Shown here piece after piece: positions 51,278-60,531 of a stretch of 64,000 nucleotides of DNA. The notes beneath the pieces were generated by a model. It did not search any database. It worked only from the letters and a program-made list of their open reading frames with translations, and was not told the origin of the DNA. Every line of letters begins with the position of its first letter. The first letter of the stretch is position 1. The stretch covers positions 1,600,001 to 1,664,000 of the forward strand of contig OZ241865.1 in assembly GCA_965203275.1 (NCBI GenBank). Reading direction: 5' to 3'. The stretch comes from Bdellovibrionales bacterium (GTDB lineage: Bacteria > Bdellovibrionota > Bdellovibrionia > Bdellovibrionales > JAUICD01). The position numbers and the translations under genes are program-made.

Positions 51278-51471
51278 TTTTTTAATAAAATCAAATATTT
51301 AAAGTTTTCTGTCACCATTTATATAATTAAAATTTATGCATAACTTAAGAAAATATGCTGTAAAAACCTTAACTCTTATTATTTTTTATCCGATAAAAAG
51401 ATAGTATGGTAATAGTTATAGATAGGAATATTATATAAGTATAAGAAATTATTAAGACAGAAAGGTGATTT

Positions 51472-51801
51472 ATGAATTATGTTTGTTATGTAAGGGGTCA
51501 GAAACAGAAATTAAAAATTTTAAAGTTTATTGAAAGTCATCTTGCCAGAATTCAGACCATAGAAAGGAGAAAATGCCAACCAATTATCAACATCCGTTTT
51601 GAAAACAAATCATATTATGTACAGATTCATTTAAAAGGGTTGCGTGTTAATTGCTTAGCACAATCTCATCACAAGAATGTTTATCAAGCTATAAAGCAAG
51701 CCATCAACAAAATATGTAAGCAGATTGCAAAAAAGCGAGGTATGGCAGTATATTATGCTCGCCGTCAGTCTTATTCTAGGGCAAGACAGAAGATTTCGTA
51801 G
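51472..51801 (+). CDS. HPF/RaiA-like ribosome-associated protein (divergent)
   Basis: AQSHHKNVYQAIKQAINKICKQIAK resembles S30EA C-terminal helix. Confidence 0.55.
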   Translation: MNYVCYVRGQKQKLKILKFIESHLARIQTIERRKCQPIINIRFENKSYYVQIHLKGLRVNCLAQSHHKNVYQAIKQAINKICKQIAKKRGMAVYYARRQSYSRARQKIS

Positions 51802-51804
51802 TAT

Positions 51805-51851
51805 GGACCTATTATTGTCTAATTTCGTTGCTTTGCATCTACCCGTACGTA
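51805..51851 (-). repeat. Family-C bipartite repeat, copy 3
   Basis: Reverse complement TACGTACGGGTAGA-TGCAAAGCA-ACGAAATTAGACAATAATAGGTCC. Confidence 0.75.
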
Positions 51852-51860
51852 CTTTATTTG

Positions 51861-52160
51861 CACTAAAAGTGAACTGTTTCCCTCAATCTATTTCACTCAA
51901 AATGGTCAAGCTTTTGAGGCGGTTAGCCTTTGATCGACGGCGGTAGCCGTCGGGCTAACTATTAGAAGGATGTTTTCCTTAACATGTAGTCAAAAAACGA
52001 AGATATCCTCTTTACTAAAAGTAAACGGACTTTTGAGGCATTGCTCTTTTTAGACAGCGTATAGCTGTCAGAGCAATGCCCAAAAGTAGCCAGAGGCTAG
52101 TTTACTTTTAGTGAAACAGAGGCATGATGCATTTTGAGTGAAATGTTAAGGAAAAAGTTC
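51861..52160 (+). mobile_element. Family-A cluster: complete inner element between outer halves, plus an inverted head
   Basis: Inner stem 52014-52026/52100-52112; extra right end starting CAGAGG at 52117. Confidence 0.85.
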
Positions 52161-52213
52161 TTTTTGATGCCGGGTTGCCAGATCCCAGATCCCAGATCCC
52201 ACCCGGATAAACA
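52161..52213 (-). repeat. Family-B GC-rich repeat
   Basis: Reverse complement TGTTTATCCGGGT-(GGGATCT)x3-GGCAACCCGGCATCAAAAA. Confidence 0.75.
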
Positions 52214-52222
52214 ATATTATTT

Positions 52223-52744
52223 TTAATTTTTAAAGACGACTAGTGTTTCCCCTGCTTCTACACTTTGACTTTTTTTAATTTTAACGGATTTAATGGTTGC
52301 ATTGATGTGAGAGCGTATTTCATTTTCCATTTTCATAGCCTCCATAATAAGAATAGGTTGACCGACTTTCACTTGATCCTTAGGTTTAACTAAAACCTTT
52401 ACAATCTTGCCAGGCATGCTTGCAGTCAGCTTTTGACTTTCTTCAGAAGAATTACCGCCTTTGATTCTTTTTTGTAAAAGCATTTCTTCATTGTAAATAA
52501 CAACATCTTTATGAATACCTTGTGTACTAACAGAAAAATGAGTGGTATTCTTCTTTAAATGCATTATATGAGATTTATTTTTAAAAAGAAGATGAATCAT
52601 GTTGTTTATCTTTTGATAATCTTGCTTTATGATGCAATGTTTTTCTATTTGTGAACCTTTTGAAATAGAAATATCCCATGAGTCTTCTGACTCCTTAATA
52701 TAAACTTTAAAAATACTATTATCTAACTTGGCTTTAAAAAACAT
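52223..52744 (-). CDS. Biotin carboxyl carrier protein of an acyl-CoA carboxylase
   Basis: ASMPGKIV, MEAMKMENEI. Confidence 0.92.
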   Translation of the reverse strand: MFFKAKLDNSIFKVYIKESEDSWDISISKGSQIEKHCIIKQDYQKINNMIHLLFKNKSHIMHLKKNTTHFSVSTQGIHKDVVIYNEEMLLQKRIKGGNSSEESQKLTASMPGKIVKVLVKPKDQVKVGQPILIMEAMKMENEIRSHINATIKSVKIKKSQSVEAGETLVVFKN

Positions 52745-54233
52745 GATGTTCCCACCTAAAGGATTCTAACCGACCTTTAAACTTCCATTGACTGTCTTCT
52801 GGTTTTTTAAGATATTTGTGTTTTGCATTTTGATAAGCTTCAATGGCTGCTGTGATTAAAACAACCCGATCATCTATCGATTCAATAGTTTCTGTATTTA
52901 CATTTTGATTTAAAAGTTGAGTGGTATAAGATCCATCTTCAAATGATTTTGTTTTTAAAATGGAACTTAAAAACTGCACATTGGTTTTGATACCAGCAAT
53001 ATGCACTTCTGCTAAAGCCCTTTGCAGACGAGCTATAGCCTCTCTACGATTTCTCCCCCAAGCAATGAGTTTGGCAATTAAAGGATCGTAATCAATAGGA
53101 AGTGTATAATCAGAATCAATATAAGAATCTACCCTAATAAAAGGCCCCTGTGGCAAATGACAAGCCTTAATATGCCCAGGACTTGGTAAACAAGTTTGAG
53201 AATCTTCTCCGCATATCCGCACTTCAATAGCATGGCCTTTCATTTGCACATCTTTTTGTTGAAAACTCAATGGGTGACCCTCTGCAACTGAAATTTGTTC
53301 TTTAACAAGATCAAAGCCTGTGACCATTTCTGTCACAGGATGTTCTACTTGCAATCTAGTATTCATTTCCATAAAGAAAAATTCTTTTGTCTTATTATCA
53401 AATATAAATTCAAATGTACCTACTCCTAAGTATTTTATAGATTGTGTGGTTTGGGTGACAATTTGTCTCATTTTTTCACGAACTTCTTGAGGTAAAGCTA
53501 TACTAGGAGCTTCTTCTATAAGTTTTTGATGGCGACGCTGTACAGAACACTCTCTTTCATAAAGGCAAATAACATTTTGATGTTTATCTGCAATAACTTG
53601 TATTTCAATGTGTTTGGGATTTTGTATAAACTTCTCTACATAGAGAGTCTCATCAGCAAAATAGTTAGTGGCTTCTGATTTAGCCGATTGATAGCTTAAC
53701 TCTAGGTCATTAGGGTGATGCACAACTCGCATCCCTTTTCCTCCACCTCCTAAAGCTGCTTTTAACATAATAGGAAGCCCTATATCCTTGCACACAGCTT
53801 TAAGATGTTTTAAGTCTTTGATAGGAGCATTACTCCCAGGGACAGTAGGGACTCCATTTTTTTCCATGATCTGTTTGGCTTTGATCTTGTCACCCATGAC
53901 TTCAATAGAATGAGCAGAAGGACCAATAAGAGTCACTCTATTTTTTTCAAGGGCTTTTGCCAATTCTACATTTTCACTTAAAAAACCATAGCCAGGGTGG
54001 AGAGCATCTGCTTTTGAATCTTTTAAAGCTTGGAGAATAGCAGATATGTTTAAATAGGAGTCTCGACTAGGAGCTTCCCCTATAAAATAAGCTTCATCAG
54101 CTAACAAAACAGGTAAGCTTTTTCTGTCGGCTGTGCTATACACAACAGCAGAAGTTATACCGATTTCACGGCAAGCTCTGATCACCCTAAGGGCAATTTC
54201 TCCTCGATTAGCAATAAGAATTTTTTTAAACAT
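52734..54233 (-). CDS. accC: Biotin carboxylase subunit
   Basis: MFKKILIANRGEIA, HPGYGFLSEN, GGGGKGMR, EMNTRLQVEHPVTE. Confidence 0.92.
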   Translation of the reverse strand: MFKKILIANRGEIALRVIRACREIGITSAVVYSTADRKSLPVLLADEAYFIGEAPSRDSYLNISAILQALKDSKADALHPGYGFLSENVELAKALEKNRVTLIGPSAHSIEVMGDKIKAKQIMEKNGVPTVPGSNAPIKDLKHLKAVCKDIGLPIMLKAALGGGGKGMRVVHHPNDLELSYQSAKSEATNYFADETLYVEKFIQNPKHIEIQVIADKHQNVICLYERECSVQRRHQKLIEEAPSIALPQEVREKMRQIVTQTTQSIKYLGVGTFEFIFDNKTKEFFFMEMNTRLQVEHPVTEMVTGFDLVKEQISVAEGHPLSFQQKDVQMKGHAIEVRICGEDSQTCLPSPGHIKACHLPQGPFIRVDSYIDSDYTLPIDYDPLIAKLIAWGRNRREAIARLQRALAEVHIAGIKTNVQFLSSILKTKSFEDGSYTTQLLNQNVNTETIESIDDRVVLITAAIEAYQNAKHKYLKKPEDSQWKFKGRLESFRWEHHVF

Positions 54234-54396
54234 TATTCCTTCCATTGTTTTTAAAAACGTTATTCTCTTAAATAAGATTTTAGACAAAATGTGTCAAGAA
54301 AAATCTGCATGTTCTTTAAAGATTTATTTATAACCTATTGAAAATAAATGAAAAAATTAATTATTTTCAATAATTGTTTCATAATTCCATCAAGGC

Positions 54397-54822
54397 ATGA
54401 ATGAGGTTTTTACACCTTTGATGTTAGCAGTTATTGGAAATCATATAAATGTTGTAGATACTTTAATCCAGTCAGGAGTAGATATACATGTTGGATACAG
54501 AAGCACTACTGATCGTCGTATCCCAAGAACACACGAATATAATACGACATTAGCTATTAGTGCATTTATGGCCCGATGGGGGCTTTATAAATACAAATAT
54601 AATACAGCGTTAACTCTCGCAAGAGAGATGGGGCGAGCTCCTATTTATCGTTTATTAAGGAATGCAGGTGCAGAAGATACTCCTGGAGATCCTTGCGGTT
54701 TTATTAGCTTTGATATGGGATGTAATGATTCATTAGACATGTTAGGAGAGGACAATATAAGAAGTGCTATAAATCATCTAAAATTATATTTATATGCAAA
54801 AAATTTATATGCAAGAGGTTAA
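54397..54822 (+). CDS. Short ankyrin repeat protein
   Basis: TPLMLAV, NTALTLA, LLRNAGA. Confidence 0.7.
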   Translation: MNEVFTPLMLAVIGNHINVVDTLIQSGVDIHVGYRSTTDRRIPRTHEYNTTLAISAFMARWGLYKYKYNTALTLAREMGRAPIYRLLRNAGAEDTPGDPCGFISFDMGCNDSLDMLGEDNIRSAINHLKLYLYAKNLYARG

Positions 54823-55982
54823 TTAACTTGAAAGATTATATCGTTGCTATCTATTTGAGGGTTTGTTAAATGCAAAGTATTAAATTGCATTTGAGAAATT
54901 TCTTTTATAAGTCGTTTTTGTTCCATGTCGGTTTCTACTTCAAACACAATTTGATTTTTTTTAAATAAACGCTCCCTTAAATTTCTAATAGAAGGCATTT
55001 TTGTTTGAATGGTTTGTTTAAAAGCATTTAATTGCTGGAAAGTTAAACTTCCTAAAAGAATTAATCGTTTAACATCTAAGCGGAATCGACCTATTTGCCA
55101 GGCCTTTAAAGTTTGTGCAGATACATTGCCTATCATTTCATCATAGGCATTAAGTGTTTTAGGGATATGATGGACCACTTCCTGTTGACTAGATTCGCTA
55201 ATAATTTTACCGCTTGCTGAATGCAAAGCAGACAACTTAATATCTAATATATTTTGTGAAGTGTTCAATTTGTTTTGCTTTGATGAAGGTTTAAAACGAA
55301 TGTGACCTATAAGCAATATTTGAGCTCCTACATGAGCAGCTAAAAGCATTAACTCGTCTTTTTTATAATGCACCTTTTGAAGTGCCTGAGGAATCCATTT
55401 AATAGATTGTTTTTGAATAGGATCAATAAATAAAAAGCTATTTTTTGAAAAACTTTTTTGAAGGGCTTTTATTAATTCTAAGGATCTTGCTTTAATGGGT
55501 TGCACTTCTTTTGATGGAGCATGAGATGAAGGCAACCACCACCTATAGGCTATACCTTGAACTTCATCTAAAGCAACAAATAAAGGCAAAACAGTCACAG
55601 GCTCTGTTTGAAATTTCAAAAATCCTTCACTCAGTAATATGGCTTTAAGATCAGATAATGAGAGTCTAAGCGTAACAGACATGGAGGTCACGCCATTTTT
55701 CACTGTTAAATTTGAGTTTTTTGAAAATAAAATAAAACGATCTTTTTTAGGCATAATATTTTTTTTAATTTGTTTTAGATTTTCTTCAAATGGGGTGTGT
55801 CCTAAGATACTTTCAATAGCGTTCAAAGCTGTTGTCTCTATGGCTTGTTGATGAATTTCTTTTCTGGCTTGTGTTATATCAGGAAGCTGACTTTTCCCAT
55901 GGATCACAATAATATCTTCATTTGCCTTAACCCAAAAAGGTAGAACACATAAAACTATTATGATAGTGAAAAAACATCTCAT
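54819..55982 (-). CDS. Hypothetical secreted protein
   Basis: Signal peptide, 387 aa. Confidence 0.7.
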   Translation of the reverse strand: MRCFFTIIIVLCVLPFWVKANEDIIVIHGKSQLPDITQARKEIHQQAIETTALNAIESILGHTPFEENLKQIKKNIMPKKDRFILFSKNSNLTVKNGVTSMSVTLRLSLSDLKAILLSEGFLKFQTEPVTVLPLFVALDEVQGIAYRWWLPSSHAPSKEVQPIKARSLELIKALQKSFSKNSFLFIDPIQKQSIKWIPQALQKVHYKKDELMLLAAHVGAQILLIGHIRFKPSSKQNKLNTSQNILDIKLSALHSASGKIISESSQQEVVHHIPKTLNAYDEMIGNVSAQTLKAWQIGRFRLDVKRLILLGSLTFQQLNAFKQTIQTKMPSIRNLRERLFKKNQIVFEVETDMEQKRLIKEISQMQFNTLHLTNPQIDSNDIIFQVN

Positions 55983-56061
55983 AACTTGCCACCCTTATAA
56001 TTTATGGACTTCTTTAGGTTAATATATTTTGAGTTGTAAAACAAACAATCTACTTATTTTG

Positions 56062-56730
56062 TTATAATTTTTTTTTCAAAGGTTTAATAACCTGCCTTGC
56101 TCTGGCAATAGCTAAAGATTTTGAAGGGATGTTTTCTGTAATAGTAGAGCCACTTCCTACTATAGACTTTTGACCTATTTTAATAGGAGCTATGAGTTGT
56201 ACATCACTACCTATAAATACATGATCTTCTATATATGTTTTGTATTTCTTGCCGTCCTCTCTGTAATTACAAGTAATGACTCCACAACCTATATTCACAT
56301 TTGAACCTATTTGAGCGTCCCCTAAATAAGTTAAATGGGCAGCCTTGACATGATTTGCAATAGTAGATTTTTTAATCTCAACAAAATTACCTATCTTGCA
56401 ATGATCTCCTATTTGAGTTTGTAAACGTAGCCGTGCATAAGGTCCAATAGATGTGTGATGGCCAATAGTAGAATCTTCTAAGTAACTACCAGATTTAATG
56501 AGAGTTTGTTGGCCTATCACACAGCTACGAATGATACAATAGGGTTCTATTTCACATCCTTGGGATATTTTAGAACCCCCTGTAATATGGTTGTGAGGAT
56601 GAATGATCACTGAAGGTTGAATTTCTACGTCCTCCTCAATGTAGGTATTTTGAGGGTCCTGAATGATCACACCCTTAGCCATAAGCTCTTTGTTTTTTCT
56701 ATGAAATATATTAGGAGAAGATATTTTCAT
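56062..56730 (-). CDS. glmU: GlmU C-terminal acetyltransferase (left-handed beta-helix) domain only
   Basis: IGPYARLR, IGNFVEIKKS, HLTYLGDA, NIGCGVITCNY, LAIARARQ; no N-terminal uridyltransferase. Confidence 0.85.
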   Translation of the reverse strand: MKISSPNIFHRKNKELMAKGVIIQDPQNTYIEEDVEIQPSVIIHPHNHITGGSKISQGCEIEPYCIIRSCVIGQQTLIKSGSYLEDSTIGHHTSIGPYARLRLQTQIGDHCKIGNFVEIKKSTIANHVKAAHLTYLGDAQIGSNVNIGCGVITCNYREDGKKYKTYIEDHVFIGSDVQLIAPIKIGQKSIVGSGSTITENIPSKSLAIARARQVIKPLKKKL

Positions 56731-56975
56731 AATATGTTCTTCCTTTTTTTAATGAGCAGACTCTTAACTAGTGGTAAAATTAACCCTGTTGTGTAAAAAA
56801 GTTTTCTTAGTATATATTTTTTTTAAGATATGTGTATTGTTTCTTTGACAAAAAATCTAGTCATGTTTATATTTTTATAGTATTTTTTGATTCTATCTTA
56901 AACTTATTGAACGTTTGTTTTTTAGAAATACAACATAATTAATGTTTAAAATACCAAGAATATTCCAAAATACCA

Positions 56976-58382
56976 ATGAAAAAAATATTTCTATTTTGTG
57001 CTTCTCTTAAATTAGCTGTAGTGATTCTCACTTCATTGATTGTTCTGAGTGTATGGGGGACTCTTGTAGAGTCAAGATACAATGCTCAAACAGCACAAGA
57101 GTTTGTCTACCATTCCCCTTGGATGTATTTTGTTTTAGCTTTACTCGTGATAAATTTGCTTTTTGCTATGATCAAAAAGTTCCCTTGGCAGAAAAAGCAT
57201 ATACCCTTTTTACTAGCACACATAGGAATTCTTGTTGTGATTTTAGGTTCTTATGTTACTCAAAAATGGGGCATAGATGGCTCTATGGCTTTTATGACAG
57301 GCCAGAAACGTAATTGGATGTCCACTTCAGATACTTTTATTTATGTATACATGTCACAAGATAATAATATTTTTTTACCTCAGAGAATTTTAAGCCAACA
57401 AGTGCATTTTTTACGTAATCCTCCTCAAAACTTAAAGTTTGAGGTTCGAGATCAGCTTTTGTTCATAGACGATTTTTATCCTTATGCTCTTGCAGAAAGC
57501 AAAGTACAAGTTTCTCAAAAGCCTTTTGCAAAGACGGCCATTCGGTTTGTCATTCAAAATGCCTTTGCTGTACTCTCTGATTGGTTGATATTAGAGCAAA
57601 GCCCTACAGTGCATAAAGACTTTGGTCCTTTAAGGGTTATTCTTTCTTCTCAAAGAGAAATGCCTCCAACTCAAGGTCATACTGTTTGGTTTTATCCTAC
57701 TCAAAATTCAAAAGAACTCAACTATGCTTTGATTGCTCAAAAACAAATTATTCAAGAAGGGATTATAAACTCTGGTAGAGTGATTGATACACCTTGGATG
57801 AAGCAAAATATAAATCCAGCACACACAAATTTAAAAAACAACACCACAGATAGCGTTAAAATACGTCTTTTAAAGCATTTACCAAAAGCCTTGAAGGTCA
57901 CAAAATACACATCCCAAGAATATCCAACAGATTTGAGTACGTCAGCTATTCACGCTCGTTTTGCAGGGCAAGAAGCTTGGATTGGATTGAATTCTTTTGA
58001 AAGATTTATTGTGGGAGATAAAACATATATAGTCTCTTATGCAGAAAATAAATTAGGTATTGGCTTTGATATGGAGCTGTTAGAGTTTAAAATACAGCAT
58101 TATCCAGGCAGTCTTCAGGCTGCTTCTTATGAGAGTGATATTTTAGTGGATGGACAAAAACATACTATTTCTATGAATAATCCTTTTAAGAAAAATGGTT
58201 TTACTTTTTATCAGGCAAGCTTTCAAGAGGACGAAAGTGGTCAGCCTTTTTTATCTATTTTATCTGTGAATAAAGATCCTGGAAGGTTTTTAAAGTATTT
58301 TGGTTCTGCCATTTTGGTGTTAGGTGTTATTTTATTGTTTGTGAGACGCAATCGCAAACTTGCTATCAAAAAAAATAACTAA
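56976..58382 (+). CDS. Cytochrome c biogenesis protein, ResB-like
   Basis: ASLKLAVV, LAHIG, ISMNNPF, FYQASF, SVNKDPG. Confidence 0.8.
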   Translation: MKKIFLFCASLKLAVVILTSLIVLSVWGTLVESRYNAQTAQEFVYHSPWMYFVLALLVINLLFAMIKKFPWQKKHIPFLLAHIGILVVILGSYVTQKWGIDGSMAFMTGQKRNWMSTSDTFIYVYMSQDNNIFLPQRILSQQVHFLRNPPQNLKFEVRDQLLFIDDFYPYALAESKVQVSQKPFAKTAIRFVIQNAFAVLSDWLILEQSPTVHKDFGPLRVILSSQREMPPTQGHTVWFYPTQNSKELNYALIAQKQIIQEGIINSGRVIDTPWMKQNINPAHTNLKNNTTDSVKIRLLKHLPKALKVTKYTSQEYPTDLSTSAIHARFAGQEAWIGLNSFERFIVGDKTYIVSYAENKLGIGFDMELLEFKIQHYPGSLQAASYESDILVDGQKHTISMNNPFKKNGFTFYQASFQEDESGQPFLSILSVNKDPGRFLKYFGSAILVLGVILLFVRRNRKLAIKKNN

Positions 58383-58438
58383 GAAATCATCACTAGTTTG
58401 TGAGGTTGAGAACTTATACAAAAAAAATACTCTTTCAA

Positions 58439-60466
58439 TTATTTATACTCTACTATATTTTTTTGTATTTCACCTTCAATAGACCTTAAAAGCCCTTTAA
58501 CTGCATCTAATAAATCTCGGTTAGAAATAGTACCTCCTTGCAATGTGATGGCAAGGCCTCCTAGGTAGCTTTTATCCTGAATAAATTGTCTGATAGATCT
58601 GAGATGAGGAAAATATTTTTTGAGAGAAGAAAATTGAAAAAACACATTATGAGAGATTGCATTATAGACAATGTGCAAAGGTATATCTTTGACTTCCTGC
58701 TTGCTTTTTTCTTTTGTATTTTGCATAGAGTTTTTTTGATTGCTCATCACTTGAGAGATAGAACCTTCACCAGTCACAATGTTGTGTTGATAATTCTTAG
58801 CAGACACTCCCATATCAGATAGAGATTGGACATAACGATATTTATTTCTCACTCTTTTATTTATGTAGATTAAACCATGTTTGTAAAAACTTGTTTTTTT
58901 AAAACTATCTTTTAATTGAAGTTGAACAGGCTTTCTTGACTGCGGAATAATACCTGACTCTCTAAGTGCATCTTGAATCTCTTTAATATATGAAGCTTCG
59001 TTAATACTATGATAATGTAGTTGTTCTAAAACCCTTAGATCACATTGTTGGTCGTCGTCAAATTTTCTCATATAGAGATTGTCTATTGGAGTTATAGAAA
59101 AAGGGAAATACCTAGCCCCTCGACCAATCAGCTGGGCTTCTCTCATGGTGGTTTTATTCATTTTTTTTATGCTTTCATAGCAACGTACAATATCAAATAA
59201 ATTAAGAACATCCCATCCCTCGTTGAGTTTTTCCACTGCAAAAATAGCTCTTATGACATTATTTTTATCTTCTAATGTATTAAGCAATATTTGTAGATGT
59301 TCTTTTTCTAAATCTTTATTAACAGATAAACAGTGTTTTTCTTGAAACTCTTTACGTAATCTTTTTGCTAATTGATAGTGATTGATTTGATAATTCTTGA
59401 AAAAATCAAAAGCTTTTTGAATCAAATGAATTTTGGACTTTCTTTGGATCCTTTCTATATCTTTCGGTTCTAATTCATCTATCATTTTATGAAAGTTCAT
59501 TTTATTTTCTTTAGATTGGGCGATAGTTTTTTCTGCTTTAAAGAGAATCACTGGTTTAAGATGGATGCGGTGTTCTTGAGCTATATTTTGCTTGTATTGA
59601 CTTAAAATAATAGCTTGCAGTATGCGGTCCTTTTGTTCTAAGTCTGTTTGTACAATACACACATCTTTAGAGTAGCCATCTTCATAAAAATTTTTGAGAT
59701 CATATCTATATAAAATTTTATTGCGATATTTATTGATAATATTTTCATCATTATAATTTAACGTGGCCGTAAACTCTAATAATAAATTTTCTGCATTTTG
59801 GTTGAAAATTTTTTCTATAGTGTTTTCCCATGAAGGTTTTCTCTGATCTTCAAGGTCCATTTGAGACGGGGTATGAGTGGTTTTAGTGCTGAAGTGATGG
59901 GCTTCATCAGCTAAAAGCACTATCTTTTTATTTTTAAAGTCTTGAAAGGTCAGGGCATTTTCTTTTTCTTCTTTGAGGTCAGTGTGTAACTTTTGAATAG
60001 TGGTAAAACAAATATTGATATTTTTGTCATTGACTCCCTCAAAGTTATTTACCAATGAGGTGTGAATTCTCTGATCACCTATAGAGATATCTTCTTTAAA
60101 AAGGTACTTAGAAGATGATGGATTCAAAAAGTTGCTTTTTGTTTTTTCTAAAATAGTGGTGGAGTCTACAAAAAATAAAAAATTCCTATAGCCGTTTTTA
60201 TAGAGCTTAAGAATAAGTCCAGCCATTATAAGTGTTTTTCCGCTACCTGTGGCCATATTAAAAAGCAAATGTAATGATTTGTTTTTTTGATGGCTTTCTA
60301 AATGATGGATAAAATAAGCAAAAGCTTCTTCTTGATAAGGACGTAAAGGGAAGCGAGGGTTTAGGTTATTTTTTATATAAGATGGAACGTTTATATTTAG
60401 ATGTTTGTGTTTCTTAAGTGTATCAAGTTCTTCATATAAAAACTGTTCATTCATTATTATCTCCAT
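58439..60466 (-). CDS. res: Type III restriction enzyme Res subunit, probably C-terminally truncated
   Basis: MATGSGKT, LADEAHH, EFTAT, LNEGWDV, QLIGRGAR; no nuclease motif recognised. Confidence 0.85.
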   Translation of the reverse strand: MEIIMNEQFLYEELDTLKKHKHLNINVPSYIKNNLNPRFPLRPYQEEAFAYFIHHLESHQKNKSLHLLFNMATGSGKTLIMAGLILKLYKNGYRNFLFFVDSTTILEKTKSNFLNPSSSKYLFKEDISIGDQRIHTSLVNNFEGVNDKNINICFTTIQKLHTDLKEEKENALTFQDFKNKKIVLLADEAHHFSTKTTHTPSQMDLEDQRKPSWENTIEKIFNQNAENLLLEFTATLNYNDENIINKYRNKILYRYDLKNFYEDGYSKDVCIVQTDLEQKDRILQAIILSQYKQNIAQEHRIHLKPVILFKAEKTIAQSKENKMNFHKMIDELEPKDIERIQRKSKIHLIQKAFDFFKNYQINHYQLAKRLRKEFQEKHCLSVNKDLEKEHLQILLNTLEDKNNVIRAIFAVEKLNEGWDVLNLFDIVRCYESIKKMNKTTMREAQLIGRGARYFPFSITPIDNLYMRKFDDDQQCDLRVLEQLHYHSINEASYIKEIQDALRESGIIPQSRKPVQLQLKDSFKKTSFYKHGLIYINKRVRNKYRYVQSLSDMGVSAKNYQHNIVTGEGSISQVMSNQKNSMQNTKEKSKQEVKDIPLHIVYNAISHNVFFQFSSLKKYFPHLRSIRQFIQDKSYLGGLAITLQGGTISNRDLLDAVKGLLRSIEGEIQKNIVEYK

Positions 60467-60531
60467 TTGATTTTTGTTTAATATGCTTAAGTGTGTTTGA
60501 TATCTATTGTGATTTTAACTTGAAATAATCT

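Noticed and set aside
51725..51946. 73-aa ORF
   Set aside because: Overlaps the HPF-like gene and runs through family-C and family-A repeats
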